DNA from: Squalus acanthias
Taxonomy: Eukaryota
Direction: 5' to 3'
Assembly (NCBI GenBank): GCA_030390025.1
Contig: CM059433.1
Span: 21,516,001-21,580,000 of the forward strand
DNA length: 64,000 nt
Shown piece by piece: positions 61,177 to 64,000 of the stretch. Both the position numbers and the translations under genes were made by a program. Within the stretch, counting starts at the first letter, position 1. Each line of letters opens with the position of its first letter. Under the pieces are notes generated by a model. The model did not search any database. It was not told the origin of the DNA and saw only the letters and a program-made list of their open reading frames with translations.

Positions 61177-63339
61177 AAAAAAGAAATCATTTGTACTCTA
61201 GTTATATTTTTAATTTTGATTTGGGGGTAGGAATAATGCTTACATTAAGAAAGTCTGCTCAATTTTCAAGTGCGTTGTACAAGAGGAAGTCACATTATAT
61301 GTTAGCACAAATAGGCATGTTGATTTTAAAGATTCATTTCCCTCTGGCTTGGGACACAGGATAGAAAAATATCACTGGAACTAAATATACCAAAGGTGGA
61401 AGGGTAAGGCTGGGGTACTTACTGTAAGCCAGAGACAGAGCTTTGTTTCCAGTCTGCCTACACATTATCCTCAGGAAAGTTGTGTTTTGTTGGAACAACT
61501 AACATCTTGGCTCGCAAACATTTAGCTGAGTACTGTATTAGGATTCCTATCCTGGGACAAATTTGTGATGTGCAATTAATTCTGTGAAAGCTGTTAATTT
61601 ATTTGTGATGCTCAATACACGTTCACTGAAAGATTAACTCTGGTGCATCCCTCTCCCTCAGACCTGGATTTGAACTGAAAGTCTCTCTCTCTCTCTCTCT
61701 CTCACTCGGCAAACAACAGCCTCTTTTGAGCATTGTACTGAACTGTTTCATTAAGCCTGCTTAAAAATGATCACTCATGCATGTCTGTCAATTTATTTAT
61801 CTTTTTGACCTTGTTTGTGTAGTTACATTTAAGCAAAATTGTTAGACAAAGGAGAGGCTTTTAATGCAGTAACATCTAGTAAGTCTTGGGGGCCTGAATT
61901 TATGCTACGACAATTTGAAAGTCTAACGCGTTGGTCTGAAATTACTCTTTTGCTATTTTAGCATAGGTGTGAAATGGTTCAAAATAAATTGGACTAAGAC
62001 CTTGGCTGAAACAGTGGAGAAAGGAATTTCAGACAAATACATTAAGCATTCATACATTAGTATCCCACTGTGTAATATTAGAAGCATGATGTCTATTTTG
62101 GCGACCAACTCTTTTACATTTCACTGCATATACACTCAAGACAAATTGTATAAATGCAAGTAAGTTGCATTAAATTAAACTACAGTGCTTTGATTTTTTT
62201 GTCCCATTTTTATATTCATTCTTAGCATTCTTGACAGCCAGTAAAATTTACAATTTGAATGATATAACCCAGATTCTGAGAGCCTTGCTTCACTGCCAGA
62301 AGTCCAGCAGGAAGGGACATCTGCCCGGCTGCTAGCCCTCGCCTTAACCTCATCCAATGCTCAGGGAATGATAGGGGCAGGCTGTTAACAGTGCTACTGG
62401 GGCATCTGGCCTATGGGGACAGTGGGATATCATCTGTTGCGGTGAAGGCATAGGCTAGTCTGGCCTAACTTTTCAAAGTACATAATTTTGAATGCTGGCT
62501 GCTCAGTTATTGATTTGTCACTCTTTGAATGGCAGTCCATCTCTTAAGATCGATTGTGGTTTGGATATGACATAGTGGATCCCACGTACAGCTGCTATAA
62601 GGGCACGACAACTGCTTCGTAAAGGCATCCCTCCCGTTGGTTTTATGACTGGTGGTACCAGGAGGATTTCCAGGGAGCCTGGCATGTCAGAACCTGGGGT
62701 GGGGGGAATGGGGGAAAAGAAAGGGCAAAGGGATGAAGGCAGAAGAAGCCTCTACCCCTTCATTATTGGAATTTCTCAGTAAAGCCAGGGAAGGGAAGAA
62801 ACTAGTTCCATCGCACAGCCCTTCTCCCAGCCTAGATTGTGCGAAATTCGCACACTAAATGGGCCTGAATTTCTACCCATATATCTTTTTTATTCATGTT
62901 CTTAACCCCCTTTCCTCTCCTGAAAGAGGTGACTCATAATGCGGAAAGGTTTCACAGTCAGCAAAAGTCCTCTGTTACCTCATCCAAGCGCTGCTCTTTA
63001 CATACAAGCCTGATCATTGAATGTTGTCAGCTTAGCTGGCCATGTGAATCATCACAGCCAAGCCTATCCTGTCCTGATCTGATATTCAGATGTGCAGTTC
63101 CAGGAGAGGTCACTAGTTAGTGATGGTTAATTTTGTCCATCCCTATGTCAGGGAAGCTGAGGTGAATTATATACCCTCGCGACCACCCAATTGAAATTGC
63201 TCAACTAAGCACAGAGCAGGCATCAAACCTGAGACCTCTGTGGCCTACCTGTATCAGGACTATACGATGCAGCTCATTTGCCCATGAAGCCTTTGGGGGA
63301 GTCTCACTGCCCATAATGTAAGAAGCCTGGGAACTCTAA

Positions 63340-63841
63340 GGGGGAGAAATTCAGTATCGCCACATTTGGGGCGCAATTATCGGCCGGGCGCAAGGATTAG
63401 CACCTGGTGCTAATTATCGCCTCCGACTGCAAACTTGACTTTTATCGTCCCTGGAGGTGATTGGAGCGCTAAATCAGGCGCTTCACACCTGTCTTAAGGC
63501 GCAAAGGCCGAGGAGCGAGGCGCTACCTCAGAGCGCGGGCGAAGCTCATGTGATGTCAGTCAGCAATGGAACACACACACAATGGCCCCGGCCAGTTCTT
63601 AAAGGGGAGGATTGATCTTGCTTTCCATCCACATCCTGCTCATTGCAGCCTTGAATCTCGGCCTGGAGAGACCTGTACATCAAATCTGCTGGAAAGAACA
63701 ATGGAGAGTATCAGGGAAAGAGCTCAGAGTGCAGCCCCCACAATCTCTTCTAAATCGATACAAGGAAGGGCAAATCAAAATGAACCTGCAAAGTGCTGCT
63801 CAGTACCCAAAACTCCTTCACACAGCGTTGAATCTCTCCAG

Positions 63842-63876
<35 letters not shown>

Positions 63877-64000
63877 AATGCGTGGTTCAAAAATGTCACC
63901 AACAATAAAAGGCAGGAAGCGGTCGCCTTTAAATAGCACTCCCCCAGTCCCTTCCTGACTGCAAAGCGCTCCCCTCAACCTGTCGTTGCTAGCGGCAGGT
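63340..64000 (+). mobile_element. Harbinger-type MITE family A, copy 3 (runs off the window)
   Basis: TAA|gggggagaaattcagtatcg; colinear with 16627. Confidence 0.9.

Overview
Vertebrate genomic DNA, most likely from a shark or other elasmobranch (judged from the HE1-like V-SINE, DeuSINE/SacSINE1-like SINEs and HER1/CR1 LINEs). The window lies inside the CSMD1 gene on the + strand. Four coding exons (Sushi, CUB, Sushi, first part of a CUB) sit at 46884-47066, 49704-50030, 53466-53660 and 56324-56462. Everything upstream appears to be one intron of at least 46.8 kb. The introns are dense, nested mosaics of transposable elements. These include CR1/HER1, L2 and a third jockey-group LINE, tRNA-derived SINEs, and a young 5'-truncated Penelope element with an uninterrupted RT+GIY-YIG frame. 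There are also decayed PIF/Harbinger transposase and Myb relics and about 18 Harbinger-type non-autonomous elements (GGGNNRRATTT TIRs, 3-bp TSDs), plus hAT-like and Tc1/pogo-like MITEs. The most notable signals are: (i) minimal type-I hammerhead ribozyme folds with covarying stems in both Penelope 3' ends; (ii) a palindromic Penelope-end hairpin insertion with a TSD; (iii) a Harbinger MITE system that carries inward-facing CRE/TATA/YY1-like promoter modules, splice donors and a frame-conserved ~128-aa ORF, with inverted copies bracketing the CSMD1 exons. All family assignments come from recalled motifs; no database search was run.
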